This document shows positions 27,921-41,731 of a stretch of 64,000 bases of DNA, piece after piece. Source of the stretch: Eledone cirrhosa (Eukaryota). The stretch lies in the NCBI GenBank assembly GCA_964016885.1, contig OZ024746.1:49228001-49292000 (forward strand), given 5' to 3'. Position numbers and translations under genes: made by a program. A model generated the notes under the pieces. That model was given only the letters and a program-made list of their open reading frames with translations, did no database searches and was not told the DNA's origin. Within the stretch, counting starts at the first letter, position 1; every line of letters starts with the position of its first letter.

Positions 27921-28532
27921 TACATACATACATACATACATACATACATACATACATACATACATACATAAAAAGAGCGAGAACTACATATAAATTCATT
28001 TATCTATCTGAACAACCTAAAGTTAATTAATTCAAGCGAGAAAATTAACTACATTAAATGACTATATATAGCTATTACTTGTATTTCTCTCCAAGGACTG
28101 ACCAATGATAGAATACAATTTTCTATCAGTGATGAAGACAATTCAACTAGATGGAAAACTGATGTAGCAGCAATATTTCCTTGTCCACAGAGGGAAAGAA
28201 AGGTACATTGTTTTCTAATTGTTGCAATACAACTATTTCTATGTTGTGCTGCGTACATAATTCATGAATTTTAATAAGTCACCAACATAGCACTATTTAG
28301 CAAATCGAACTAATCTGTAAAGCAAACTCACTACATTTAATAACATATATTTATTTGCTATATTTCTCTTTGTGCGAATTTGATTGTTCTATTTCTGTTA
28401 TAAATGTTTAAAACCATCAGCTAGATTTTTTTTTTTTTTTTTTTGTCCATTGAGACAGAAAAATTGCAACTGTAATAATACAGCGACTGTTGCCGTGTGT
28501 TTTTGAAAACGATTCACCTTGATGTCCACAAC

Positions 28533-28731
28533 AGCAGACCTGTCAAATCTCCCCTTCTGACGGAGGGATCTCCCCATTTTGGTTCATTTCTCCCTGTTTC
28601 GCCGTTTTTGTGAAAATGAGTATAGCTTTCATTATGTAAAATCTCCCTATTTTGCCTCCTTTCTCCCAATTTATTGGTACTGTTTTTCGTGGTACTCTCC
28701 GTTTGGGTTTTTAGAGGTTGGCTGGCCTGCT
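28533..28731. mobile_element. MITE-like non-autonomous DNA transposon, about 200 bp
   Basis: Imperfect TIRs AGCAGACCTGTCAAATCTC / GAGGTTGGCTGGCCTGCT and repeated internal CTCCC motifs; no clear TSD. Confidence 0.5.
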
Positions 28732-30184
28732 ACAGATATAGCAGAGGATGAAGGTTGCTTATGCATAATGAATTAATGCCCGTTTTGCAATTCTAAATTC
28801 ATAGACGTATGTAAGGCTTTTATATTACTTTCTTTAGACCAATGTATAGTAATGATATTTTTTCATTATCTCAAAGAGAGACTGCTACAATTGTATACCT
28901 TGCGAATCAATTTTGAAACGTTCACGTTGTTTCTTGACATTCCATTTAACCATTATATAAGGACCTTTTAGGTTTTTTTAAAATGGGTGTGAGGAAGGAA
29001 AGAGGTTGTCGAAAATGTTTGCTATAGAGTGACTACATATACTAAAGAAAACTAAGGTCACATATTTGGGTGTTTAGACATGGCCACCGACATGATATGT
29101 ATCCCTGTGTGGAATTTTAAATCAAAATGCTGAAATGGAAAAGATATCGCAGGCAAATCGTCTGCTACTCTAACAACTGATAGTTTCTATTACCAGCTCC
29201 GAAATTATGGAAAACAAATTTAGCCTCGGCAGGATTTGAACTTAGAATACAGAAAGCAAGAAAGACACTTTCACCTGAAATATAGAAACAATAACACTCT
29301 AACCCGAACGCCATAGATATATTATGTCTGATAGAAGAATTGAGGGTGGTCACGACTGGAATAACTCTGATTAGAGTCCTGCTCTATCGCAGCTGACTTG
29401 CAATTAACGACAAACATAACTACAGCTTACAGCACCATTATTAGATCTATCTGCAAGAAACTGCGGAAACATTTACTTGTGTGCTCTGTCAACCAGAGGC
29501 AAGAGCTACAATTATCTATTGTTAATGAATAGCATTGACGTTGTAACACACTGATAATGAGTCGATGCACGAACTGCATGAAAATTATTATTGAATGCTT
29601 CTAACGGAAGATGGCCGGATGAATAGACAGAGAGATGATTCATTTCAAAAAGATCACGCATAATTCAAAGTCAATCAGTCAATCATTACTGAACTCTCTA
29701 GCGTATTCCTTGCTATCTCTGTCTCTTTGTTTCTTGCTCCTCTCTCTCTATCCCCCACTCCCCATTTCTCTCTCTCTCTCTCTACCTATATCTCTATCTA
29801 TCTATCTATCTTTATCTCTATCTATCTCATTCTTTCTTTCGTTATCTATGTCTATATGTATCACACGTTCTAATTCTGCAAGGATTTTCTTAGTTCCTTC
29901 AATCTTTTTATTTGCTGTCTTTCTATGTATTTTCTTCTCTACCTGTAAATCTTCCTTCTTATATATGTGGGCGGGGGTTGCGGGTATGTATGAATGTTTG
30001 TGAATGAACAATTATCTTCGACTCAGCGGAATTACCAATGATGTATGCATGTGTGCGTCTTTTGAGAGACAGACAAACAGACAGATCGATAGATAGATTA
30101 TATGTAGCTATCGAATCAAGGACAACCCTCTAAGGCCCTGTAGCGAAAAACTACTTTGTAACAAAAACAATGACATTATATATT

Positions 30185-30322
30185 GGTGGATTGGCAGTAT
30201 CGGTAGGGTGTCAGACGCAATGCTTTGCAGCAAATAGTTACGGCCCTTTATGGTCTGAGTTCAAATCCCGCCGAGCTTAACTTTGCCTTTCATCCTTACG
30301 AGGTCGATAAGGTGAAGTGTAA
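30185..30322 (+). mobile_element. tRNA-derived SINE (octopus-type, Deu/Nin-like central domain), partial
   Basis: Head GGTGGATTGGCAGTATCGGTAG, B-box GAGTTCAAATCCC, domain CTTTGCCTTTCATCCTTACGAGGTCGATAA. Confidence 0.75.
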
Positions 30323-30630
30323 CTGGATCGGGTGGGTTGCCTTTCTTCGGAATTGGACACATTCTTGCTTGTTTCCAAAGACCTACAAGGAAATATCCAT
30401 GAATATATATATATAATTAAAGTTTTCGCTCTGACATAGCTGTATACATATAAGTATGTGAATTTTGTATATCTAATGATATACGGTATGTTTACGAATA
30501 AATATTTTGAAAGCCCTTTAGCTATGAATACAGAAAAGCTGACGGCTGACGCCATCCATCGAATTCCAGCAAAAACAGTAGGGGTTATTTTCGTCTGTTT
30601 CAAATTCCAGAGAGCAAGGCAGGGGAAGCA

Positions 30631-30670
30631 CTGTCCTGATGACGGCCGTAAGCCAGAAACGCATCGACAG
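30631..30670 (+). ncRNA. Minimal type I hammerhead ribozyme motif (PLE-type), one stem III mismatch
   Basis: CTGTC-CTGATGA-C GGC cgtaa GCC A-GAAAC GC ATC-GACAG; stem I CTGTC/GACAG is perfect. Confidence 0.7.
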
Positions 30671-30877
30671 TTATCCTCTACTACTTTTGCTGGAATCCGC
30701 TGTGTGTAAAGCCTCAGCAAATGAACCTATTTACTGACAACTACTGTCACACTAATAAACTTATAATGGGCTTATTTAGATTAGTGTGTAGCATAGCAAC
30801 AACCAAGAAACACTTTAACGACCGATGGCAACATCTTTTTTTTTTTTTGCTTCAAATAGAAATAGTCTTCACCTTAT

Positions 30878-30975
<98 letters not shown>

Positions 30976-31123
30976 GAGAGAGAGAGAGGGAGATAAGATC
31001 CCGTTAAGGGTGAAAGCAGCGATTCTTTGCTTAAACTTTAATGTTATTTTATTATATATATATATATATATATTACCCACTCTACTACCATGGTCCATCT
31101 GGTTCCTTACCACACTTCCTTCG

Positions 31124-31157
<34 letters not shown>

Positions 31158-31162
<5 letters not shown>

Positions 31163-31725
31163 TATGTACACGTACATACATATATGTATACCGACGTACA
31201 GTAGTATGTATATATATATATACATACATGCACACATATATATGCACGTATGGATTCACCGAACATTTATTATAATGCTCGGTGTGTTTGTAAACAAACA
31301 TCCCGTATTAAGCCGTAGTGTCTAGCAACCATCGTTGCTCGTTTGTTCAACACTGACAAAGGAACGCTGTACTAGTTTCAAGCTTGTTAGCTATCGTCAG
31401 CAACGTATACCTTCCTGCTAGATTGTTGAACGTATATACTTACCTTATGCATATTAACGGCTGAGTAGCCCAATTTGCATATCGAGTGGGTTAATCGGCC
31501 GGGTGCACCGAAAACGATAAACGGAAAAATGAAACGATAGAGCATTATAATAAATGTTCGGTGAATCCATACGTGCATATATATATGTGTGCATGTATGT
31601 ATATATATATATACATACTACTGTACGTCTGTATACATATATGTATGTACGTGTACATACTTATATTTAAGTAACAGCCGTACTAAGAGTGGGAAATGAA
31701 ATATCGTTTCATTTTTTCCGTTTAT
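31158..31725. repeat. Inverted duplication (arms ~31158-31280 and ~31540-31664) around a hammerhead-containing spacer
   Basis: Arms are near-perfect reverse complements; second short inverted pair ~31517-31539 / 31702-31725. Confidence 0.85.
31364..31406 (-). ncRNA. Minimal type I hammerhead ribozyme motif with intact core
   Basis: Minus strand ACGTTG-CTGACGA-T AGCT aaca AGCT T-GAAAC TA GTA-CAGCGT; palindromic stem III ACTAGT, GUA cleavage triplet. Confidence 0.8.
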
Positions 31726-31874
31726 ATATATATATTGTAAATAGTGTCCTCCGTCGACTAAGCTCACTCCGTTTGGACGGCGAGTTGATAACTATTTTCC
31801 CAAGTATCGCGTACTTAGCTGAACAGAGTCTTACCTTACTAGTCTAAATTGGTAGCTCCCAACCTACACATACT

Positions 31875-31915
<41 letters not shown>

Positions 31916-32298
31916 ATGTGTGTGTGTGGGGGGGGGGGGTTAGAAAAGTATGTCTGTGTGCATACAGATCTACAACACGTCAGCATTTTCAGATATATAA
32001 CACCATATGTCATTTGTTTTGAATCCTCAACGAAAATTTCTTGATGTGAATTTATTCAAGTGTAAATCAACTCTTAACATTGACTGCAGACTTTCTTATG
32101 TGTGTGTGCTTATCTATTTGGTAAAACGAAGGCACCTACATGCACACACACGCACTTACACAAACCCATATTCGTATATAGTGAAATATATACAAATATA
32201 ATATGGTGGTGTACATGAATGGTGTACATACGCGTATCCAGTAGAAAGATATACACGTGGATGAATACACGAGAGCATTACACTCTCAAACACACACT

Positions 32299-32337
<39 letters not shown>

Positions 32338-32363
32338 ACAAACAAACACACACTCACACACAC

Positions 32364-32401
<38 letters not shown>

Positions 32402-34222
32402 TTGTATGTATATGAATATATATATATCATATATATTTGTATGTGTGTGTGCATCAGGGTGCTCACATTTATAAGTCTCTACATATTTTATATGAACATT
32501 TGTTTTTATATTGGAGAAGAGGAAAGGCAGTCCATCAAACAGACAGAAGGAGTCATTGTAAAGATAGATAGATGCTTTAGTATTGGAACCTTCTAATATG
32601 AATTATTTTCATGTCATTTAATTCTTCTTTCTTGCTCATTTTTTATTTCTATCATAATGTCGATATCTGCTAAGTAAACTAAACTTCACACCATGTGAAC
32701 CTTGTTCCTGACTCAGTTCCCTTTAACAAGGCGACCATTTGACCTCTCTTGCTCCACATCAATTTTTAAGCTGCATTTCATATGAACTACTACTTTATAT
32801 GTCTTCAGCTTCACTTAGGCAGTAGCAAGTTCCTTGTATCTTCCTGTTTAACTGTAGATACCGGAATTAAACACCATTATTCAGCAGTGGAAGTATTTGC
32901 ATACATTATATATGTTGATAAGATATTCTTCAGCATTGCCTATATCATTTAGTCTTCTATTTTATTACGGCTGTAACATATCCCAGCGTGTATGATGTCA
33001 ATATAACTAAAATCAATAACATGTGAGCGGCAAAAATAGTTGTTGTTGTTTAACCCAAGGTCAGCCGTGATAGAGAAACTAAAAATCGAAGACAGTCTTG
33101 CCATGACAATTCCGTTTTCCTTCTTTGTTTTCATTCAGATTCATGCTTTCTTTTCTTTTTTATGTGGTAACATATACTTATCATAGGAGTGTGCTATTTC
33201 AAGCCAATTCAACTAATCAATATTTTTAGAGCTAGTAGCAGTCAACAAGAGTATCGTACTAAATACATTTGTTCGTGTATGGTAGATCCTGTGTCGGTTT
33301 GATGATGTTCGATCAACAGAAAGCCGTACTCGTTAAATTGACGTCTACCTGGCTGAGTATTCCACAGACAATTGTACACGCAACGTAATTCACAGGTCGA
33401 ATCAAAGTGTGTGACCAGACTGAACCTTTGAAATATAAGTATAATCCCACCAATGAGCTTCCATAAAGTTCCGTCTACCCAGTTTCACTCATGAGACTTG
33501 GTTCATCCTGTGCCTTGGATTCGAACCTCCTCTCATGTTTTAAAATATTATATAGGTGATTAGATGAAGGTGTGGTCGCTATCTAGCAATTGAAAAAGAG
33601 GCTTTGGGTTCGTAATACGTATTGTTATTTTCACAAATGTTTATTTATAATTTTCTGGACTGAGTTATTTGGTAGTTATATAATTTAGTTAGAGTCAGGT
33701 TATAGTCGTTAGTAGCGAGATATGAATCATACTTTCGGCTATATATCCATCACTCAACCTTTGTTAGGTATAGTAATGTCGATGGTAGCATAATTAGTGT
33801 TGTTAAAATTACACTCGTAGTGATCATTAGATTAATAATAATCAATTCAGGTTTTCAAAATGTCATGGGAGACAACCCCGAAATTTTAATTACTTAAATG
33901 GAATAAGAAAACAGAATGTCAGCAATTTCGCGTGGTATGGTCAGATCTTTTCAGTATGGGGACAGCTTTAGACAAGTTTCTATATTATTAGACGTCCTCA
34001 TCGAAAGATATGTTCTGCCTTTAATGATTAGAGTTAACTACAGAGAAATGTCATTGTTTTTCACTGAGTACATTGGGTTATTACAGATTTTGCAATTTGA
34101 TATTCGTATCATGCAGGGTGTAGTTCTAGGTAATTTTCCATTGGCACTTATACATATGGGCTTCGTAGATACACGCAGATGACTACACACATGCATGCAC
34201 ACACACACACATTCACACACAT

Positions 34223-34302
<80 letters not shown>

Positions 34303-37096
34303 AGATACATATACATATATAAAGGGAGAGGGGAAGGACAAAGAGAGAGAGAGACAACGTTAGACTGACGCAGCAAATTTATGTACATATATATCTATAT
34401 ATATATGTGTGTGTGTATGTCTGTGTGTGCGTGTGTGCGCGTGTGTGCGCGTGTGTGCGCGTGTGTGAATGTGTGTGAGTGTGTCCATGTGTGTGCCATC
34501 ATGACCCAGTGTCTGGTTGTGTGCGTGTATGTGAAAATATGTTTCCAAGTGGAAACAAATGTGTGTGTATTCACTCCCGTATTTTTGTATGATAATGAGT
34601 GATGTTTATATATTTATAGAGACATGATAACATGTGTGTTCTTTATCCACGTTTAAGAATACAGCTTGCGAATATCGATCACATGGAAATTAAATGTTCA
34701 CAACGAAATTAAATGTTCATTCATAATATCTCATGGTGATATTGATCTCGTATTAAGACATATGCTAAGTTGTCTAATGAAGTAGACACTAGGAAATTAT
34801 TCATTTAACGTGAGAAGTCTGGCGAATAGATAGCATGTCATATTTTGCCCACACACAAAGACAGACCAAGCACTTCGTAAGTTTACACTAAAGATCAGGC
34901 AATATATTCATTACAGAGAATATTTCGATCTTTTCAATTATTTGTTGTTGTTCTTGATGTTTAGCTACAGATTCAATGTATTCTAGAAGAGCTATGATAA
35001 AAAACATTTTGGTTGCGATTACTTCGTTCTATTTTTCTCTTCTATTTAAAAAGAGATACATTAGACAATGCAGCGCCCGGTGCGTCTCGGGCACCTTTTA
35101 CCATAAGTCTTTCTTGATCAAGGATGAACTGTGATGAAACAATAAACACATGAACAGTCTATTAAATATGTCATTCCTAAAGAATTCATTTCTTTTTCTA
35201 CTTACTTAGGGACCCAGTCCTTAATATTTCGGCATTTGCGCTGAATATAATGTTTCGCTGAGTAGGCCAGAATAATATCTAAATATATTTATAAAGTACT
35301 TACCAGAAAAATGAAAATTATATTAGATCTCAAATAGTATCGTTCATTCAAGTTTATTTCCAGCTAGAATTTTAATAATCATTGAACTAAATATATTAAC
35401 ACTAACTTAATTTTTATTTTTTCATGCGGCTAGCGTTTGAATTATTTAAAGTTTGAGCATTTCCTTTTTCCTGTAATATGAACAGTTTTTGTGTATTTAT
35501 TTAGTAATCCAATCATCACTAATTTATGCATCAAATATCTGATTAGAAGTGAACCAAAACCTGACCGGAGATTTCTCCTGTGCTTACATAAACAAAGTCG
35601 ACATAATATTAAACATTATTTTTACTCAAGTGCATAATTATTCCTAGTTAGCAGCTTTTAAATGGTTTAAACTATGTTAACGCTCACTTAACTATTCTTG
35701 GATTCATACCTTGCTAGTTAATGATCAGTAAATTGAATATTTTAATATATAATCTTGTACATTTGCTTTGTGGTTCTTTCATCACTCTGTCGGTTGGTAC
35801 TGCATAATCTATTCCATTGAAATTTGCCCGGAGTTTTCTTCGTGCTTGTCTGAAAATTGAAAATAATAGTAATCATTTCCAATACATATTTTTTTTTTTT
35901 TACTTTTACATATTCCATACATAAATACAGCAGTGTTGACATGTTGTCCGACAATGCTGCATGACCACCATATGTTAATTCATATTACTAAACATGTGAA
36001 GTAACAAAATCTTTGTCGAAAAGCTTGTGTTAAATTTTGTAGTTGAAATATAACTTCAACTGAATTTACATTGTATTACTTGGCTGGAAAACGAGTCAGA
36101 AGTTCTTTTAATCAAATATCTTCCATACAAAAAGTAAATGAATCCAATGGTGAGTTTCACAATCACCTTACACAACGGTAACCTATTGTGATGTGTAGCT
36201 GATTTTTACTTCGTACTGTAGCTTGTTGACACCACCATGTTTACGACAATAAAATATAATTCCATTACATCCGTTGCTGGTCTCTAAATAGACTGATAAT
36301 GGCTACCAGAATTTCACATACATCTAAATTTCTTGACTTGAAAGAATGTTTATTCACTTCATTGAATGCTTCTCATTAATGAAAACAGAATGTTCAAAAA
36401 TGGCATCTTCAGATGTTGATCACCATTCTGTTCTTCTCACGAAAATACACCTTTGAGTACACGCTAACGACATGTATGTTACACATATAAGAATTACATA
36501 ATGATACTAATATAAACAGAAAAATAACAAAAACGGATTATAATAAAATGTTAAAGAAAAGGAAAGAAAATAAGAAAGGAAGAATAAAAATTAGTAAATC
36601 AATAAATAGGAAAGGTATATGAAAGAAAAGCTGTACCGAAAACTGTAACAAATACTGTAACAATGAACGGTTGGTATCTAAAATATACGATGAAAAGTCA
36701 TATATAGTTCAAGAAATAATTTGAATATAATACTAATAGAATGAGGGTTGCATAGATTGAGGAGCAAATTGACTGACAGTCTGGTATGATTTGTTGTCTA
36801 GCAGATATATTGAAAATATTCAGAAAGGTTGAGAAATTAATCAAAAAGTAAATATGAATAGAGAATGAGATTGTAATGGCTTAGTAACAATAGCTATGGG
36901 TATGGTAAAACCCAATTTCATTGAAGTTAGTTACTGTGAGAATGCCACGACAAAAAGCTATTATGAACTACCAGATTGAAAAGCTATTAGATCAGTGATG
37001 GAAAAAAAGTCACCTACTTTATTGATGTCTGTTATGCTGAATGAATTATATTACTGGTTTCAGTCGTTGGAGAGTAACCATACTGACTTCTTCTTC

Positions 37097-37147
<51 letters not shown>

Positions 37148-37285
37148 TACAGCAACAGTGTATTCAGCCTGGTACAGATACTTATTTTATCGCTCTATAT
37201 TTAATGCAATATAATATTACACTTTACTCTTTTACCTATTCCTGCCATCCGCCTGAGGCCATGCTGGATATATATATATATATAT

Positions 37286-37692
37286 AGTTAGAGAAGCAAA
37301 AAATTGCTTATTGTGATCCAGTTCTTGGTTAAGAAAGCCAGTTTCATGGATGGTTTCAACGTACGGTTAGGGGTAACTCCACAAGTTTGTAAGAATTCCG
37401 TTCGATCTTGGAGTATAAAGTATAAAAGAGGAAACACAGGTAAGCATTAAGAGAAGGATTTTATCCAGGTATTTACGACCGTTTCATTGGTAAGTGCAAC
37501 CTTATATTGCTATACTGCCGATAGCAGCCACTCAATTATAATTGTTGTTCACAGTCCAAATTTTCAATTATAATTGAGTGGCTGCTAATTGCAGTATGGC
37601 AATATAAGGTTGCACTTACCAATGAAACGGACTTAAATACCTGGATAAAATCCTTCTCTTAATGCTTACCTGTGTTTGTTTTCTCTTTTATA
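37286..37692. mobile_element. Fold-back element (arms ~37420-37544 / 37565-37692, unpaired extension 37286-37419), probable PLE pLTR derivative
   Basis: Reverse-complement arms; GAAACGGTC half-hammerhead on one arm; begins at (TA)n. Confidence 0.65.
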
Positions 37693-37699
37693 ATATATT

Positions 37700-38352
37700 T
37701 CTCACTAAATATTAAAACCCACATTGCTAAACTATTCTTTAATGCTCTTGACAAACGCTTCCCTAGAACACATAAATATCACTCAATTTTTAATAGACAT
37801 ACTATAAAATTAACTTACTCGTCCACCAAAAATTTAGCACAAAATATTAACAGAATAAATAATAGGAATTTAAAACCTAACCAAAATACCAATAATAACC
37901 CAAACAATATTCAATTAAATAACTGTAACTGTAGAAATAAATCTAAATGTCCGTTAAATAACAATTGCTTAGTTAAAAATATAATATACAATTGTAATGT
38001 TAAAACTAACTCAAATTCTTTCAACTATGTTGGTTCCACCTCGACAGAATTTAAACTTCGCTTCAATAATCATAAGAATTCTTTCACAGATCCAAACAAA
38101 AAATCTTCAACCTCACTATCAAGCTTACTCTGGCAACTTAAACGTGATAACGTTGGGTATTCGATATTTTGGAATATTGTGTCAAGAGGGATTCCTTTTA
38201 ATTCCTCATCTGAGACATGTGATCTCTGTGTGGAGGAGGTATTCTTTATATTAAAATCCAAAAATTCCCTTAATCTAAGGAGCAATTTATTCAGTTGTTG
38301 CAGACATAGATTGAACTCAACGTTTAAATATAAATATAAATTTAAAATGTAG
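37700..38352 (+). mobile_element. 3' fragment of a Hydra-type Penelope-like element (thumb, CxC-x5-C linker, GIY-YIG endonuclease)
   Basis: DKRFP..HKYHSIFNRHTIKLTYS, CNCRNKSKCPL, NIIY..YVGST..FKLRFNNH, CDLCVEE, CRH; homologous to ORF 61050..61919. Confidence 0.8.
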
Positions 38353-39980
38353 TATAATTAATTAAGAAATTTAATTAATGTATGAAACCTGACGATAAAT
38401 CTTTCGATTCCTTCAAGTTTTTCTTTTAAACCTTCTTCATAAATATAAACAAATGATGTAATTAAACTACTCTAAAATGTAGATGCTCCCAATGTATTAA
38501 ATAAATTTTACGCAAGATAAATTTCTATACTAAATATAAGAGCATCCGTAGAACCACAGGGTCTTCTAAATCCTTTAAATGATTTTTGTTAAATAATTTT
38601 TGGTTTTTATTTGCTTTTTGATTCTGATTGCTTCTAAAGAACTTGGCAATATATTGTCTGGAAAATTGGAAGGATAGATTTCTGTGGTAAATATATGAAG
38701 CATACTGGGTTTTTTGTGGCTTGAGATGCCCTAGGGTGTGTTGAAAATATTTTAACGTTTTGATGTTTCTGTGCTGATATATTGATATCTGGTTGTTTCT
38801 GTGCAAAGGCCATATGTATTAATATGCATATGGAATGATTACAGAGTATATTTTATCTGTTCATGTGCCTGTATGTGTGCATAGAGATGCTAGAACACTC
38901 ACGCAGATGTCTTATACATACATATATATGTATATATATGTGTAGGTATAGTTCTGTATATGTTACAGATATGCATAATATTATATACATGAACGATGAT
39001 CATTTGTGTAAGGGCATGAATACTAATCGTTTATTTTTTATGTATATATATAGTGAAATCTTTTATGACACAAGAAAAATTTTTTTTGTGAAACAAGAAA
39101 TTAAAGAGTTGATCACGTAAAGTCATGTGTATGTCTATTTTATCAACTAGAGCTTGACATGACTTTCTCTTTCTCTTTTTCTTTTCTTTTTTCAGAAAGT
39201 GCATATGCATGTGTATGTATATATCTCCGTATTTTTATAAATAGGGTAATTTCTTTTGAAGATTTATCTCATTTTTTTTGAAGATTTATCTCAGTTTTTG
39301 GTACATTGACCTCAGAGATTTAAACTAAACATATGGTCATTATTGAGCAAAATTATTTTCACACATTATATATCTATGTCTCATTCATGAATATTGATAT
39401 TTACATTATATTACCCAGTTCATATGAATTGATAATTCAAATTGATAGGACATGACGTAAAGATGTAACTCTATCATCCCTCTCTCTAGATATAGCTCTT
39501 TCTTCCCTTCTCTCTGTATATATGATGAAGTTTATGTATCTGTCGTTTTGACTTTGCCTCTCATGTTTCTCTTTTACTTCTCTCTTGATTTTCACCTCCC
39601 CCTATATAATTATTATTATTTTTTTTCTCCCTCTTTCTTTTCAGTCTGTCTCTTCTCTAACTGTGCTTAACACTATAACTAAATAATTACCGTACTCCCT
39701 CCCTCTTAAATCTCTCAATTTGTATGATGAATTATTATTATTCATCTGTTGCCTTCGGTTGTCTCTCTTTTTTTACCTCCTCCCTCTTTCTCACTCCCCT
39801 ATTTCTCTCTATTTCTCTCTGTTTTTCTTTACATACATTTCTTCTTTTTCTCCGTCTTTATTTGTAACTGTGATTAACACTTAATATTTATAAACACTTC
39901 ACTACCAAGCCAGCCTCCTACCTTAATGGTCGTTATATTTATGGTACGTCAAAATTATTTATAAAACTGGTTATATATTG

Positions 39981-40046
39981 TATTTTGTCTGACGAAGGCA
40001 TGCCATATTTTTAATATGGTATCCCTGAAATATGTATAATGAAATA
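39981..40046 (+). ncRNA. Hammerhead ribozyme motif, family B single arm
   Basis: TATTTTGT-CTGACGA-AGG c ATGCCATATT tt AATATGGTAT c CCT-GAAATATGTATA-ATGAAATA. Confidence 0.8.
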
Positions 40047-40086
40047 AATATGGTTTTATAAATATAGTTTCCATTTGTTTAATATC

Positions 40087-40141
<55 letters not shown>

Positions 40142-40144
<3 letters not shown>

Positions 40145-40222
40145 GGTGTCCACTTCAACAGTATTCTAATAAATATTGCTTGTACAAGTAATCAAAGTAT
40201 GTATACATTTATTGGAGACACC

Positions 40223-40225
<3 letters not shown>
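40142..40225. mobile_element. 84-bp Tc1/mariner-type MITE
   Basis: TIRs CAGGGTGTC / GACACCCTG flanked by TA within (TA)n. Confidence 0.75.
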
Positions 40226-40281
<56 letters not shown>

Positions 40282-40350
40282 GTATAGAAATTATTGTGAG
40301 CGTGAAGCCAACAGTAATATATATATATATAAATTTACCACCCACTACTC

Positions 40351-40426
<76 letters not shown>

Positions 40427-40430
<4 letters not shown>

Positions 40431-41681
40431 CGGAAGAAATGTGGTAAGGAACCAGGTGGACCATAACGCACCAAAGTACTCAATACTTAGGGTAGTAGAG
40501 TGGGTAATAGGAACGAGTAGGACCCCGACGGCTGAGCTCAAGCCGTTTCGACGGCTAATTCTGGACTAAATGAAAATTTTTATCCTGGTATTTGAATAGC
40601 CGAGTTTCTCAAGGGGGTAATTCCATATATGGCCAAAGTGATTGTCACAGGGATTGGTCAAAAGTTTGTAGTTGAGACATAATAATTCTATGATGGCAAT
40701 TAGTGGAGGGAAGGGGTAGGTAAACCTGCCAGTAGGAGAAAGGGGGAGAGGGGGTGGAGGAGACCCAATCCTGCGTTGATAGTGCCGGCTACAGCTGGGC
40801 GTGAGGTCAAAGAAGATACTAGGGAGGGGGAGGGGGAGGAAGTCGAAACAGTAAGTAGAACAGTGAGGGGTAAATATATAGAAAAATACTGAGAGTGTTA
40901 AAAAGCAATTAAATGTAAAAAAAAATAAACAATTTCTGGTTACTACGACCTAAGTCTCTCACTATTGCTAGGCTAAAGAAATATACTAGGTTTGAGATAG
41001 TATTAGTATTCTTTTTCGGGACTCTGAATTATTATTTCGTATTAGTTTACTTTTTTGCACTGGGTGGTTGCTGGCCTTGTGCCTGGGGTAGAAACTTTTA
41101 TTATTTCGTGGTAGTCCCTTTAGTATTTTGGCCCTTCACTTGTTGACCCGTCCCCGTAAGATATACTCGGTTTATTACTTATACCTCTTAAAAGGGTCTC
41201 TTTTTAATTCCGTCCCACCTAGTATATTTCTTTAGCCTAGCAATAGTGAGAGACTTAGGTCGTAGTAACCAGAAATTGTTCATTTTTTTAACATTTAATT
41301 GCTTTTTAACACTCTCAGTATTTTTCTATATTGTTCTACTTACTGTTTCGACTTCTTCCCCCTCCCCCTCCCTAGTATCTTCTTTGACCTCACGCCCAGC
41401 TGTAGCCGGAACTATCAACGCATGAATGGGTCTCCTCTACCCCCTCTCCCCCTTTCTCCTACTGGCAGGTTTAGCTACCCCTTCCCTCCACTAATTGCCA
41501 TCATAGAATTATTATGTCTCAACTACAAACTTTTGACCAATCCCTGTGACAATCACTTTGACCATATATGGAATTACCCCTTGAGAAGCTCGGCTATTCA
41601 AATACCAGGATAAAAATGTTCATTTAGTCCAGAATTAGCCGTCGAAACGGCTTGAGCTCAGCCGTCGGGGTCCCACTCGTT

Positions 41682-41686
<5 letters not shown>
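40427..41686. mobile_element. Long family A fold-back element (arms ~40508-40991 / 41217-41686, unpaired tail 40427-40507)
   Basis: About 480-bp reverse-complement arms, (TA)n on both sides; spacer contains a SINE 3' fragment. Confidence 0.85.

Positions 41687-41731
<45 letters not shown>

Noticed and set aside
33850-34182. Open frames in unique-looking sequence, one faintly FN3-like
   Set aside because: Candidate frames have nearby stops or no recognisable motif, and there is no consistent splice pair.
38384-38425. CTGACGA plus small hairpin downstream of the Hydra fragment
   Set aside because: GAAA and stem III are missing.
41299-41613. 104-aa ORF in the family A arm
   Set aside because: No recognisable domain, low-complexity Pro-rich, and the other arm has indels in the same region.
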